A DNA stretch of 64,000 bases from Spirochaetia bacterium (GCA_965203515.1 OZ241907.1:2400001-2464000), one strand, 5' to 3'. Positions 1 to 13,351 are shown, numbered from the stretch's first letter. Numbers and translations are program-made. Notes: generated from the sequence alone by a model not told the origin.

Positions 1-1
1 C

Positions 2-427
2 GGCGGCCGCACGATGGGCCTGACCGTACCGGCGGCGCTGGGCGCCAAGCTCGCTCGCCCGGATACGCCGGTGATAGGCATCGGCGGCGACGGCAGCCTG
101 CTCATGCGGCTCGGCGAGCTGGAGACCTTCGCCCGTACCGGCGCGGCCGTGCCGCTGGTGATCGTCAACGACCAGGCGCACGGCACCATCCGGTCACGGC
201 AGAAGACCCGCGGCCTTGCCCCCTACTCCCTGCAGTTCGCGCCGGTCGACTACGCGGCGGTCGCGCGCGCCGGCGGGCTGCGCGGCGCCACCGTGTACGA
301 CCCGGACGCGCTGCGGCGCGAGCTGGCCGCGGCGCTCGACGCGGACGTCGCTACGCTGATCGACGTCCGCGTCGACCCGCAACCCTACCAGGACAGCTTC
401 GGCCCCACCGTGGGCGTCCTTTCCTGA
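2..427 (+). CDS. Thiamine pyrophosphate-binding enzyme (acetolactate synthase-like), C-terminal part; 5' end outside the window
   Basis: MGLTVPAALGAKLA followed by the TPP-binding motif GDGS-(x)-VIVNDQ; frame is open to the window edge. Confidence 0.85.
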   Translation, partial: GGRTMGLTVPAALGAKLARPDTPVIGIGGDGSLLMRLGELETFARTGAAVPLVIVNDQAHGTIRSRQKTRGLAPYSLQFAPVDYAAVARAGGLRGATVYDPDALRRELAAALDADVATLIDVRVDPQPYQDSFGPTVGVLS

Positions 428-469
428 CGCCGCCGGACCGGCCGGCGACGACCGGCACGCTCGGGCGGC

Positions 470-1537
470 TCAGGCGCCGGCGCCGCCCGGCGCGCGGCCG
501 CGCAACAGGTAGCGGGCGCGCGCCGTCTCGGCAAGGCGAAAGGCGGCGTAGCGCGGGCGGTTGAGGGCCGCGTCGTACGCCGGCGCGCGGTGCACGATCG
601 TCCCGCCGAAGCCGGTCTTCATGCGATACAGGCCGGCCATCGGCAGGGCCGGGTCGGCGCTGCGCGGAATGCCGAACAGGTCGTAGGTATGACAGCCCGC
701 CTCCCGGGCCAGACGCATCGCGGCCCACTGCAGACGGTAGTTGGGCATCGCCTGCCGATGGCGGTCGGACGACGCGCCGTACAGGTAGCGCGCGCGCCGG
801 CCGAACAGCGACACGACGATGCCGGCCACCTGCTCGCCGGCGTACTCGGCCATCAGCAGGAGCAGGCGCGGCCGCCGGCCGGGGTACGCGGCGGCGGTGG
901 CGAACAACTCGCCGAAGTAGCGCCGGCTGTGCCGCGTGATGCCCTGCCGGCGCGCCATGCCGCAATGCAGGCGATACCAGCCGTCCAGGCCCGCCGGGCC
1001 GGCCTCGCGCACCACCACGCCCCGGCGCTCGGAGAGGCGGACATTGTAGCGGGTCTTGGGCTTCATCGCCGCCAGCAGCTCCGCGTCATCGCGCCGCAGG
1101 TCGACGATCACGGTGCTCTGCGGTTGCACGGCCGGCGCCGCCCGCACCGCGCCCGACCAGCGCTCCTCCGGCCACGGGGGATCGAAGCGGACGGCAAAGC
1201 TGGCCGGCGGCAGCAACGGGCGAACGGCGCGCGCCATGCGGTCGAGGTAGGCGCCGCTCTCTCCGGACGGCGCTTCGGTCCCCGGTCCGAGCGGGCAGTA
1301 CACGAAGGTGCCGGCCGGCGTGCGGCGGCAGAGCAGCAGGACGGTGCCGGCGGCGGCACCGACGCCGGCGCCGGTCACGGCGACCGGCAGCGGCCGCCAC
1401 CCCAGCCGGCGGCGAAAGGCGCCCCAGAAGCCGCTCTGCAGCAACTCGTCGCCGGCCAGCGCGTCGAGCTCGACGCGCCCGGCCCGCACGTCGTCCGGTC
1501 CCGCCACGCGGCGAGCATGCACCGAAGCCGGCCGCAA
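470..1537 (-). CDS. FemABX-family lipid II:amino acid (peptidoglycan bridge) transferase
   Basis: Motifs LLQSGFWG, KPKTRYNVR, YLYGASS, PNYRLQW, YDLFGI, GLYRMKTGFGG; start codon uncertain. Confidence 0.85.
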   Translation of the reverse strand: MRPASVHARRVAGPDDVRAGRVELDALAGDELLQSGFWGAFRRRLGWRPLPVAVTGAGVGAAAGTVLLLCRRTPAGTFVYCPLGPGTEAPSGESGAYLDRMARAVRPLLPPASFAVRFDPPWPEERWSGAVRAAPAVQPQSTVIVDLRRDDAELLAAMKPKTRYNVRLSERRGVVVREAGPAGLDGWYRLHCGMARRQGITRHSRRYFGELFATAAAYPGRRPRLLLLMAEYAGEQVAGIVVSLFGRRARYLYGASSDRHRQAMPNYRLQWAAMRLAREAGCHTYDLFGIPRSADPALPMAGLYRMKTGFGGTIVHRAPAYDAALNRPRYAAFRLAETARARYLLRGRAPGGAGA

Positions 1538-1605
1538 GACGAAGGAGGCGGCGCGCCGGTTTCGGCGCCGCCGGGCCAGCGGCGGCCGGGACCGCGGCGG
1601 CCGGG

Positions 1606-2793
1606 TCAGCGGCGCAGCGCGCCGATCAGGCGGGTCGCCTCCTCCGCCGACAGCTTGCCCTCCTTGAGCATCTCCAGCACCAGCCGGACCTCTTGCTCCG
1701 TATCCGCGGCGCCTTTGCGCTCGGGCTCATGGTCGCCGTCGGCGTGCCGGCCCGGTCCGTGATGCCCGGGCCGGCCGCCGCCGCCACGCCATCGCCCGCC
1801 GCCCGGACCGGGCCGGAACCCGGCGCCGCGGCGACCGGGACCGCGGCGGCCGGGACCGCGGCCGAACGCCTCGAACACCTGCCGGGAGATCTCCTCTCCC
1901 AGCTTGCCGAACTTGAGGCCGTAGCCGCGCATGTCCTTGAGGAACTCCCACATCTCGGGAGGAAACTCGAACGACCAGTCCGGATCGTCCCACGCGCGGT
2001 CGTCATCGTCGGCGCACGCGCGGTCACCCGCCCGGCGCTCCTGATCGTCGAAGTCGTCGAAACCGACCATTTCGCACCTCCCCAGCGTATGCACGAAGAT
2101 CGAGAACGCGCCCGACCCCAACGCCACCTGCGCGAATCCGGGGCCGGTGGTGACCACCGACGAGCCGAGACGGTTCACCAGGCGGCCGCGCGCCTTTACG
2201 GTGGCGGTCGCGTCCGCGTCGGACGGCAGCGCCAGCAGGACGCGGCCCGAGCCCGACATGACCGCCACCTTGCCGTCGCCGGACGGCCGGAACTGCAGGG
2301 CCACGCGGCCGCTGGCGTTGTGGAACTTGCCGCCGGTCAGCTCCGCGTCGCGCACCGTCACCTTGCCGTTCGCGGCCGAGACGTTGAGTTGCCCGGTGAT
2401 CCGTTCCGCGGTGATCGAGCCGTTCGCGCAACGCGCCTCCGCAGTCCCGTTGAGGTCCTGCAGGGTGACCGCGCCGTTGGCCGTGCGCACGCGCACCGTC
2501 CCTTCCAGGCCGGCGACCAGCACGCGGCCGTTGACGGTATCGACCGCCAGCTCCCAGGTGCGCGCCGCCGGCAGCGACAGCTCCAGCGAGCCGGTCACCT
2601 GTTCGCCGCCGTCTTCGCCGCGCGGCTCGGTGATCTCCAGCCGGTCGCCGTCGCGAACGACCCGCACCGCTTCGAGGCCGTCACCGGCCAGCGTTCCGTG
2701 GTCGCCGTCGACCGCGCGCGCGACGATGCCGCGCCGGCGCGAAGCCAGGCGGATCGCCGACGCGCCCTCCAGATCGAGTGTGATGCTATCCAT
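1606..2793 (-). CDS. DUF4097 (Toastrack-like) beta-repeat protein with C-terminal SHOCT-like helical pair
   Basis: Repeated TVNG/TANG/CANG/AANG/NASG/SGSG beta units; C-terminal EVRLVLEMLKEGKLSAEEATRLIGAL; start reassigned to ATG 2793 (MDSITL), preceded by GGAGG and overlapping the upstream stop. Confidence 0.75.
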   Translation of the reverse strand: MDSITLDLEGASAIRLASRRRGIVARAVDGDHGTLAGDGLEAVRVVRDGDRLEITEPRGEDGGEQVTGSLELSLPAARTWELAVDTVNGRVLVAGLEGTVRVRTANGAVTLQDLNGTAEARCANGSITAERITGQLNVSAANGKVTVRDAELTGGKFHNASGRVALQFRPSGDGKVAVMSGSGRVLLALPSDADATATVKARGRLVNRLGSSVVTTGPGFAQVALGSGAFSIFVHTLGRCEMVGFDDFDDQERRAGDRACADDDDRAWDDPDWSFEFPPEMWEFLKDMRGYGLKFGKLGEEISRQVFEAFGRGPGRRGPGRRGAGFRPGPGGGRWRGGGGRPGHHGPGRHADGDHEPERKGAADTEQEVRLVLEMLKEGKLSAEEATRLIGALRR

Positions 2794-3238
2794 CTCCGGT
2801 ACCTCCCCCGGCGCCCTTCCCTTCCGTGTGCATGCCCTCCGCATGCAGGCGCCGCATGACCTCATCGAGCGACAGCTCCCCGTCGCGGAGGCGGCGCAGG
2901 AGCAGCAGGCGTTCCTCATTCCGGTTCGGCGCGTGCGCGAACGCGGCCGCGGACGGCGCCGCCGCTGCCGCCTCGAGCGCGGCGTTCACCGCCGCCAAAC
3001 GCGCCTTGACGGTCGGATAGGACAACCCCAGCCGCCGTTCGACCTCCCGCAGGTTGCCTTCGACGTGCAGGAACAGGCGCACGAAGTGGAGCAGGTCGGA
3101 CGGCAGCGCGCACAGGTCGCAGCGGTCGAAGCGGCCGCGAATCGCCGCGCCGCACGAACGGCACGCATATTCGGTGACCAGCAGCCGCTGATCGCAGATC
3201 GGGCACGCCCCCAGCGAGGGCTGTACGTCCGGCGCCAT
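2786..3238 (-). CDS. DUF2089-family zinc-ribbon/HTH putative transcriptional regulator
   Basis: CPIC...CRSC zinc ribbon, GNLREVERRLGLSYPTVKARL HTH, C-terminal SHOCT-like segment; start reassigned to ATG 3238. Confidence 0.85.
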   Translation of the reverse strand: MAPDVQPSLGACPICDQRLLVTEYACRSCGAAIRGRFDRCDLCALPSDLLHFVRLFLHVEGNLREVERRLGLSYPTVKARLAAVNAALEAAAAAPSAAAFAHAPNRNEERLLLLRRLRDGELSLDEVMRRLHAEGMHTEGKGAGGGTGDG

Positions 3239-3345
3239 GACGGAAGCTACGAAGCAGCCCTTCACATAGTCAAATCGCTCATGAACTTTTCTCAGGGATG
3301 CTCGACCGCCGGCAGAAGGCGGAAGCCGCCGGCCTCCGTGCGGGT

Positions 3346-3375
3346 TTGACCTTACCGCCGATTCAAGGGTATCGT
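3346..3375 (+). promoter_or_regulatory. Putative sigma70 promoter for hflKC
   Basis: TTGACC-N18-TATCGT; AGGGAGG Shine-Dalgarno before ATG 3435. Confidence 0.5.
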
Positions 3376-3434
3376 TCGGAAAGCGTGTAAGGGGCCGGCC
3401 GGAGCGGGTCCCCGTCCCCCTCAAGGGAGGAGTC

Positions 3435-4430
3435 ATGTCCGACAACGATTCATCCGCAGAGCGCCGCCCCCCCGGCAGCATCAGCCCGCGGGCGGTCGGC
3501 CTCATGCTGATCGCCGTGGTGGTGGTCATCGTCGTGTTATCCAGCTTCTACGTCGTGGACGAACGGGAACGCGGCATCGTGCTGCGGTTCGGCCGCTACA
3601 TCGGCCGCGAGAGCGCTCCCGGCCTGCACCTCAAGCTGCCGTTCGGCATCGACCGGGTCTTCAACGTGCAGACGCAGGTGCGGCACAAGCTGGAGTTCGG
3701 CTTCCGCACCGAGGAGGCCGGCGTCCGCTCGGTCTTTTCCACCCAGGAGTTCCCGGAGGAGTCGATGATGCTGACCGGCGACCTCAACATCGTCGACGTA
3801 AAGTGGTCGATCCAGTACCGCATCTTCGAGCCCGACAAGTGGCTCTTCAACATCGTCGACGGCGAGACCACGATCAAGGACGTCTCGCGATCGGTGTTCA
3901 ACCGGCTGGTCGGCGACCGCGCGATCCTGGACGTGATCGGCGACGAGCGGGCGAACATCCAGTCGAAGGCGCAGGACGAGATGAACGACCTGTTCGAGAG
4001 CTACGACATAGGCGTGCGGGTCGTCACGGTGCAGTTGCAGAGCGTGGTGCCGCCGCGCGGGGCGGTGCGGAACGCCTTCGAGGACGTCAACAAGGCGATC
4101 CAGGACCGAAACCGGCTGATCAACGAGGGCAAGGAGGCGTACAACGAGGCGATCCCCCGCGCGCGCGGTGAGGCGGACCGGATCATCGCCGAAGCGGCAG
4201 GCTACCGGGCCGAGCGGCTCAATCGCTCCCAGGGCGACGTGTCGCGCTACCTGCAGTTGTACGAGGAGTACCGGAAGAGCCCCGACGTGACCCGGACGCG
4301 TCTCTACTATGAGATGTTCGAAGAGGTGTTCAAGGACGCCGACGGCACCGACCTGATCGACAAGAACCTGTCCAACTTCATCCCGCTCAAGCAGCTCGGA
4401 CAGGAGCTGTCACTTGGAGGGAACCAGTGA
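3435..4430 (+). CDS. hflK: FtsH protease modulator HflK
   Basis: N-terminal TM, SPFH domain (PGLHLKLPFGID, MLTGDLNIVDV), AYNEAIPRARGEA, TRTRLYYE. Confidence 0.95.
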   Translation: MSDNDSSAERRPPGSISPRAVGLMLIAVVVVIVVLSSFYVVDERERGIVLRFGRYIGRESAPGLHLKLPFGIDRVFNVQTQVRHKLEFGFRTEEAGVRSVFSTQEFPEESMMLTGDLNIVDVKWSIQYRIFEPDKWLFNIVDGETTIKDVSRSVFNRLVGDRAILDVIGDERANIQSKAQDEMNDLFESYDIGVRVVTVQLQSVVPPRGAVRNAFEDVNKAIQDRNRLINEGKEAYNEAIPRARGEADRIIAEAAGYRAERLNRSQGDVSRYLQLYEEYRKSPDVTRTRLYYEMFEEVFKDADGTDLIDKNLSNFIPLKQLGQELSLGGNQ

Positions 4431-5422
4431 AACGCTTCGTTACCATCGTCGTGGTCGCCGGCGCGGCCCTGCTGATCTTTCTGATGCTGGGGCCGTTCTA
4501 CGTGGTGCAGGAAGGGCAGCAGGCGATCGTCCTGCAGTTCGGCCGCATCGTGAACTCCAAGACGACCGCCGGGCTGGCGATCAAGGCGCCGCTGATCGAT
4601 CAGGTGGTGCGCTTTCCGAAGAAGATCATCTCCTGGGACGGCGAGCCGACCGAGGTGCCGACGCAGGAGGGGCAATTCATCTTCGTCGACACCACCGCCC
4701 GCTGGCGCATCGTCGACCCGGAGCTGTTCTATCAGTCGGTCACCGATGAGACCGGCGCGCAGACCCGGCTCGACGCGGTCATCGACTCGGCGGTCAAGGG
4801 GGTCATCTCCAATAACCGCCTGCGCGAGGCGGTGCGCAACAGCGACGTCATCAACACGATCGAACGCCGGAACGTCTATCAGGTCGAGTCCGGTACGCCG
4901 GGAGGCGAGACGCAGGACGTCGGTTCGATTCTGGGCGACACCTACACGGAGACCGAGTTCGCCGCGATCGAGAAGGGACGCGACGCGCTGTCCAACGAAA
5001 TGCTGATAAGCGCCAAAGATACGGCGCGGGCCCAGTACGGCATCGAGCTGATCGACGTGATCATCCGTCAGATCCGCTACTCGGACGACCTGACCGAGAG
5101 CGTCTACAGCCGCATGATCGCCGAGCGTCAGCAGATCGCTCAGGCGTTCCGCTCCGACGGCGAAGGGTTGAAGGACGAGTGGCTCGGCAACCGGGAGCGC
5201 GAGCGGCTGGAGATCATCTCCGAGGCGGAACGGCAGGCCAAGGTGATCCGCGGTGAGGCCGACGCCCAGGCGGCCGCGATCTACGCCGACGCCTACAACG
5301 TCGATCCCGAGTTCTACTCCTTCTTCAAGGCGATCGAATCGTACCGCAACCTGTTGCCCAACTTCCGCAAGACCCTGTCGACCGACGCGGAGTTCTTCGA
5401 CTACCTGTACAACCAGGGCTGA
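4427..5422 (+). CDS. hflC: FtsH protease modulator HflC
   Basis: SPFH domain, VYSRMIAER, IRGEADAQAAAIYADAY, DPEFYSF; GTGA overlap with hflK. Confidence 0.95.
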   Translation: MKRFVTIVVVAGAALLIFLMLGPFYVVQEGQQAIVLQFGRIVNSKTTAGLAIKAPLIDQVVRFPKKIISWDGEPTEVPTQEGQFIFVDTTARWRIVDPELFYQSVTDETGAQTRLDAVIDSAVKGVISNNRLREAVRNSDVINTIERRNVYQVESGTPGGETQDVGSILGDTYTETEFAAIEKGRDALSNEMLISAKDTARAQYGIELIDVIIRQIRYSDDLTESVYSRMIAERQQIAQAFRSDGEGLKDEWLGNRERERLEIISEAERQAKVIRGEADAQAAAIYADAYNVDPEFYSFFKAIESYRNLLPNFRKTLSTDAEFFDYLYNQG

Positions 5423-5473
5423 ACCGGACGCCGGCAATCGCCTCGCCGGCGGACCGGGGCGGCGTTCCGGGAA

Positions 5474-5508
5474 CGAACCGTGACGGCGGCGCCCGCCGTC
5501 ACGGTTCG
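5474..5508. terminator. Perfect 16-bp hairpin downstream of hflC, probable terminator
   Basis: CGAACCGTGACGGCGG-cgc-CCGCCGTCACGGTTCG; no U-tract. Confidence 0.55.
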
Positions 5509-5570
5509 CCCTCGGTCCGGCGCAAAGCGAAGAACCATTCCTGCCGATATAGATAGAGAAAGACCGATCG

Positions 5571-7162
5571 ATGCCCACACACGCGACCATCGCGACCGCG
5601 CGATCTCCCCGGGACGCCGGGCGGCTCGCCCGTGAGCCGGGCGAGGCCCGGCCGGCGCGGGACTTGGCCGATCTCGCCGGACGCATCGACGCGTTGCGCG
5701 TTCGCGGGGCGGCGACCGGCCCCGTGGCCGCGATCCGCTACGACTCCCGGCAGGTCGGTCCCGGCGAGCTGTTCGCGGCGCGGCGCGGCAGCTGCGACGA
5801 CGGTCACCGATTCATAGCCGAAGCGGTCCGCCGCGGCGCCCGCGCGGTGATCCACGAGCGCGCACTGCCGGCGTACGACCCCGCCGTCTGCTACCTGCAG
5901 GTGGCCGACGCGCGGAGCGCGCTGGCCGCAGCCGGCGCCTGGCACGCCGGCGATCCGGCCGATCACCTGCTGCTGGCCGGCGTGACCGGCACCGACGGCA
6001 AGAGCTCGACGGCATGGTTCACGAAGCTGCTGCTCGACCGCCTGGGCGTGCCGTGCGGACTGGTCTCCAGCGTCTACGTGGAAGACGGGACCGGGACGGC
6101 GGCCACGCCGTGGCGGCTGTCGACGCCGGAGGCGCCGGAGTTGCACGCGCTGCTGGCGCGCATGGCCGGCCGCGGTCTGCGCGCCGCGGTCATCGAAGCT
6201 ACCTCGATCGCACTGGCGGCCGGCAGGGTGCACGGGCTGCCGCTGGCCGCGGCGGCGATCACCAACGTCACCCACGAGCACCTGGAGTTTCACGGCGACT
6301 GGGAGCGGTACCGCGATGCCAAGGCGGGGCTGCTCGCCATGCTCCGCGACCGCCCCGACGGTTCGCCCGGCGTGGCGGCGCTCAACCGCGACGACGCGGC
6401 GTGGGAATCGCTGTCCGCGCGGTTCCCGGCGGCGCAGAGCTTTACCACGCAGCCGCCCGGGTCCGCCGCCGGCGCCGCGGCCGACTGCGCCATCGCGGTG
6501 GAGCGGGCCGACCGATCGGGGCTGACCCTGGCGGCCGAACTGCACGGCGTCCGCCGCCGCAGCGGCGTGCGGCTCGGCGATCCCGTGCAGGCGGGCAACA
6601 TCGCCGCCGCCTGCCTGCTGGCAGCCGGCGTGACCGGCGCGGCCCCGGACCGCGTGCTCGACGAGCTGCCGATGCTGAGGCCGCTGCCCGGCCGCATGCA
6701 GCCGATCGCCAACGATCGCGGCTTCACCGTGATCGTAGACCACGCGCACACGCCGGCGGCGTTCGAGCACCTGTTCGCCGGGCTGCGGCGGCGTGACGAC
6801 ACGGCCGCGGACGGCCGCGTCATCGTCGTGTTCGGATCGGCCGGCGAAAAGGATCGACGGAAGCGGGCCATGCAGGGGCGGATCGCCTCCGAGCACGCCG
6901 ACCTCGTGATCCTGGCCGACGAAGACCCGCGCCGCGAGGATCCGATGCTGATCCTCCAGGACATCGCCGCCGGGTTCGCGGCCGGCGCGCCGGCGCCGCA
7001 GTTCATCCCCGATCGACGCGCGGCGATCGGCGCCGCCGTGGGACTTGCCCGGCCCGGCGATACGGTGCTGCTGCTCGGCAAGGGCCATGAGCGGACGATC
7101 GAGTACGCCGATCACGTGCAACCGTGGGACGAAGCCGCCGAAGCGCGTATGGCGCTGCGGCC

Positions 7163-7166
<4 letters not shown>
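5571..7166 (+). CDS. murE: UDP-N-acetylmuramoyl-dipeptide:amino acid ligase MurE
   Basis: YDSRQV, GVTGTDGKSST, STPEA, EHLEFHG, PGRM, VDHAHTP, LLGKGHE. Confidence 0.93.
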
Positions 7167-10394
<3,228 letters not shown>

Positions 10395-10416
10395 CCCGGC
10401 AGGCGTCCGCCCCGGG

Positions 10417-10866
10417 CTACCGCTTGGAGAACTGAAAGCGCTTGCGCGCCTTCGGACGGCCGTACTTCTTGCGCTCCACCATGCGGCGGTCGCGCGTCAG
10501 GAAACCGTTTGCCCGCAGGCTCTCATGGTTGGCGGCGTCGTAGGCGTCCAGCGCACGCGCCAAGCCGTGCCGGCTGGCGTCCGCCTGCCCGGCCGGTCCG
10601 CCGCCGGACACGTTGATGAGGATGCTGAGCTTGCCGAGGTTGTCGGTGACGTCGAGCGGAGAGGTCACCCGCTGCACCAGTTCCTCGGATCCGAAGTAAT
10701 CATCGAGCGACTTGCCGTTGACGGTGATCTGGCCGACCGCGACCCGGTGCAGGTCGGTCTCGCCGGCGCCGGCGCCGGCCACCGGCGCGCGCAGAAACAC
10801 GCGGGCGACCGCGGTCTTGCGGCGCCCCGTGCCCAGTGCCAAGTTGATGCTGTCGGTTGCTGCCAT
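10417..10866 (-). CDS. rpsI: 30S ribosomal protein S9
   Basis: GTGRRKTAVARV, GGGPAGQA, LTRDRRMVERKKYG, QFSKR; start reassigned to ATG 10866. Confidence 0.97.
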   Translation of the reverse strand: MAATDSINLALGTGRRKTAVARVFLRAPVAGAGAGETDLHRVAVGQITVNGKSLDDYFGSEELVQRVTSPLDVTDNLGKLSILINVSGGGPAGQADASRHGLARALDAYDAANHESLRANGFLTRDRRMVERKKYGRPKARKRFQFSKR

Positions 10867-11303
10867 CAGTCGTGATCCAGTTCGAGGGGTTGGGGATGCT
10901 GACCCTGATGAGGGTGCTCGGCGCCGGGGTAGACGCGCACGTTGCGGAACAACTCGCGGCCCAGCGGGCCCTTGGGGAGCATGCCTCGTATGGCGCGTTC
11001 CACCGGAAACACCGGCTTGCGGGCGATGACGTGCTCGAACGACTCGCTGCGCAGCGCGCCCGGGTAGCCGGAATGGCGATAGTACCGCTTGTCGCTCCGT
11101 TTGTTGCCGGACACGGCCACCTTGGCCGCGTTGATGACCACCACGCGGTCCCCCAGGTCCTGGTGCGGCGCGAAGTAGGGCCGGTGCTTGCCGCGCAGCA
11201 CGGCGGCCACCCGCGCCGCCAGCCGGCCGAGCGGAGCGCCGTCGGCGTCCGCGACGTACCACCGCCGCTCCACGTCGCGGGGGCGCACGAAAATCGTCTT
11301 CAT
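10866..11303 (-). CDS. rplM: 50S ribosomal protein L13
   Basis: WYVADA, LGRLA, LRGKHRP, YYRHSGYPG, GMLPKGPLGR. Confidence 0.98.
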   Translation of the reverse strand: MKTIFVRPRDVERRWYVADADGAPLGRLAARVAAVLRGKHRPYFAPHQDLGDRVVVINAAKVAVSGNKRSDKRYYRHSGYPGALRSESFEHVIARKPVFPVERAIRGMLPKGPLGRELFRNVRVYPGAEHPHQGQHPQPLELDHD

Positions 11304-11351
11304 CACCTGCCCTTCATCGTCGGTCTGCTCATCATCCGCCCGCGCGCTGCC

Positions 11352-11645
11352 CTACGCGGAGGACCCGCCGCCGGCGCTTCCGCCACCGGATCGGCTGGCC
11401 GAAGCGGCGGCCTCCGCCGCTTCGGCCTCCTTCGCCGCGCGCTCTTCCTTCCTGGCTTCCATCTTGTCCTTGATGTCGGCGAATCCCACGAACAGCGCGA
11501 TCAGTCCGATCAACAGGGCCGCGACCGGAATGCCCCCCTTCAGGAAGGCCATGACGTCGGGCCACCACTGGGTGGACCACGGGACCGGCAATACCGTGTA
11601 GACCGCGAACAACATGAGCACCACGCCCACCAACAGAGCAATCAT
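11352..11645 (-). CDS. Small hypothetical membrane protein (2 TM, charged tail) upstream of rplM
   Basis: MIALLVGVVLMLFAVY...FLKGGIPVAALLIGLIALFVGFADIKDKMEARKEE; typical codon usage. Confidence 0.7.
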   Translation of the reverse strand: MIALLVGVVLMLFAVYTVLPVPWSTQWWPDVMAFLKGGIPVAALLIGLIALFVGFADIKDKMEARKEERAAKEAEAAEAAASASRSGGGSAGGGSSA

Positions 11646-11796
11646 CGTCGCCTCACGCGCTGAGAGTCTCTCAAGAGTATCGCTTCGCGGCGCATTGTGC
11701 AACCACCGGCCGGCCTCCTTGACCGTGCCGGCCGTCGGCGCCACATTGCCATTGCATCGAATGCCCGGCCGTCGCCGCCGGGATTGAGGAGGACCC

Positions 11797-12492
11797 ATGT
11801 CCGACAGGAGCGCAACGCACGGCGCCGTCCACGCCGCAGCCCGGACCGGGCTGATGAGCAACGTCTATCTGTGGATGACCGGCGGCCTTGCTCTGAGCGG
11901 AGTCATCGCCTGGTTCGTCGCCAGCCAGCCCGCGCTGTTCAGCGCGGTGGCCGGCAATCCGATGCTCTACTTCGGACTGATCATCGGCGAGCTCGCGCTG
12001 GTCTGGTTCCTCAGCGCCCGGATCATGACCATGAGCATCGGCGCCGCCACGGGGAGCTTCATCGCCTTCGCGGCGCTCAACGGGATCACGCTGTCGGTCA
12101 TCACCGCCATCTACACCCAGCAGCAGATATTCAACGCGTTCTTCATCGCGGCGGGGATGTTCGCCGGGATGAGCCTGTACGGCTACACGACCAGGCGCGA
12201 CCTGACGACCATCGGCAGCTACCTGAGCATGGGTCTGCTGGGACTGATGATCGCCATCGTCGTCAACCTGCTGATCGGCAGCGACGCCATCGGCTTCCTG
12301 ATCTCGATCGTCGGCGTCGCGCTCTTTCTGGGCTTGACCGCGTACGACACGCAGATGATCAAGCGCTGGCAGGCGGAGGCGGGAACCATGGACGAAACCG
12401 CCTTCGTCCGGCTGTCGGTACTCGGCGCGCTCAAGCTCTACCTGGACATGCTCAACCTGTTCCTGTTCCTGTTGCGGCTGATGCGGCGCTGA
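11797..12492 (+). CDS. Bax inhibitor-1/YccA family membrane protein
   Basis: VYLWMTGGL, YGYTTRRDL, GLTAYDTQ, GALKLYLDMLNLFL; GAGGAGG Shine-Dalgarno. Confidence 0.93.
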   Translation: MSDRSATHGAVHAAARTGLMSNVYLWMTGGLALSGVIAWFVASQPALFSAVAGNPMLYFGLIIGELALVWFLSARIMTMSIGAATGSFIAFAALNGITLSVITAIYTQQQIFNAFFIAAGMFAGMSLYGYTTRRDLTTIGSYLSMGLLGLMIAIVVNLLIGSDAIGFLISIVGVALFLGLTAYDTQMIKRWQAEAGTMDETAFVRLSVLGALKLYLDMLNLFLFLLRLMRR

Positions 12493-12523
12493 AACGCGGT
12501 CCGGCGGCCCCCGCCGGCGCACA

Positions 12524-13351
12524 TCATCCGGCGAACAGCCGCATGAGCGCCGCCGCCTCTCCCGCGGAGACCTCATCGGGCAGGATGCTCGGCCCCGGGT
12601 GGAACGGGGAGAGCACCGCCCCCGCCTGCAGGAACCGGTCGAACACGGCGTCGTAGGCGGCCGCATCGCAACGCGCCGCCACGTACGGGCCGCGCCGCTC
12701 CCAGCCGGCGCATCCGCGCGGGTCGGGCCACGCCTGCGACGCCCAGGCGGCTCCGCCGTAGCGCGGCAGCCGGTCCAGGCCGGCCAGCGCCGCGACCAGC
12801 AGCGCCGCCGGCGGCGGCTCCGGCGCGGCCACCGCCGCCGCATCGGCGGCGTCCGGCGCCAGGCAGACCGGCGCCGGCGCCGGCCCGAGCGTGAACGGCA
12901 GAACCGGCACCACGACGCGCCAACTCGCCGGCGGCGGCACGGGGCCTGCGGCCGGGCGCCAGAGCCCCGCCCGGCATGCGTCCGCCGGCCCGGCGTCGAG
13001 CGCGGGGTCGTGGAGCTCCTCCCGGCCCAGCCCCAGGCGCCGGAGGATCGCGCGCACCTCGGCGTCACCACCGGTCAGGAGCGGCTCGAACCCCGGAACG
13101 AGCCGCCGTACGCGGCCGAGCAGGCGCCGCTCGTACACCGACGGCAGGCCGGCGCGCGCCCCCCGGGACAGGACGCCCTTGATCTGCGCCAGCGCCCGAT
13201 CGGGCCGGTGTCCGAGCAGCGCACGCCCACCGGCCTGCCACAGGTCGAGGTAGCGCCTGCCGCGGTGATCGTACAGCCGGTAGCCGCGCGCCCGGCGGAT
13301 CGGTCCAAGCCGCTCCAGCCGCGCACGGGCGGCGGGGTGGTTCCCGGTCAC
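12524..13351 (-). CDS. Hypothetical protein with class-III aminotransferase-like N-terminus
   Basis: RARGYRLYDHRGRRYLDLWQAGGRALLGH; overlaps the helicase stop. Confidence 0.6.
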   Translation of the reverse strand: MTGNHPAARARLERLGPIRRARGYRLYDHRGRRYLDLWQAGGRALLGHRPDRALAQIKGVLSRGARAGLPSVYERRLLGRVRRLVPGFEPLLTGGDAEVRAILRRLGLGREELHDPALDAGPADACRAGLWRPAAGPVPPPASWRVVVPVLPFTLGPAPAPVCLAPDAADAAAVAAPEPPPAALLVAALAGLDRLPRYGGAAWASQAWPDPRGCAGWERRGPYVAARCDAAAYDAVFDRFLQAGAVLSPFHPGPSILPDEVSAGEAAALMRLFAG

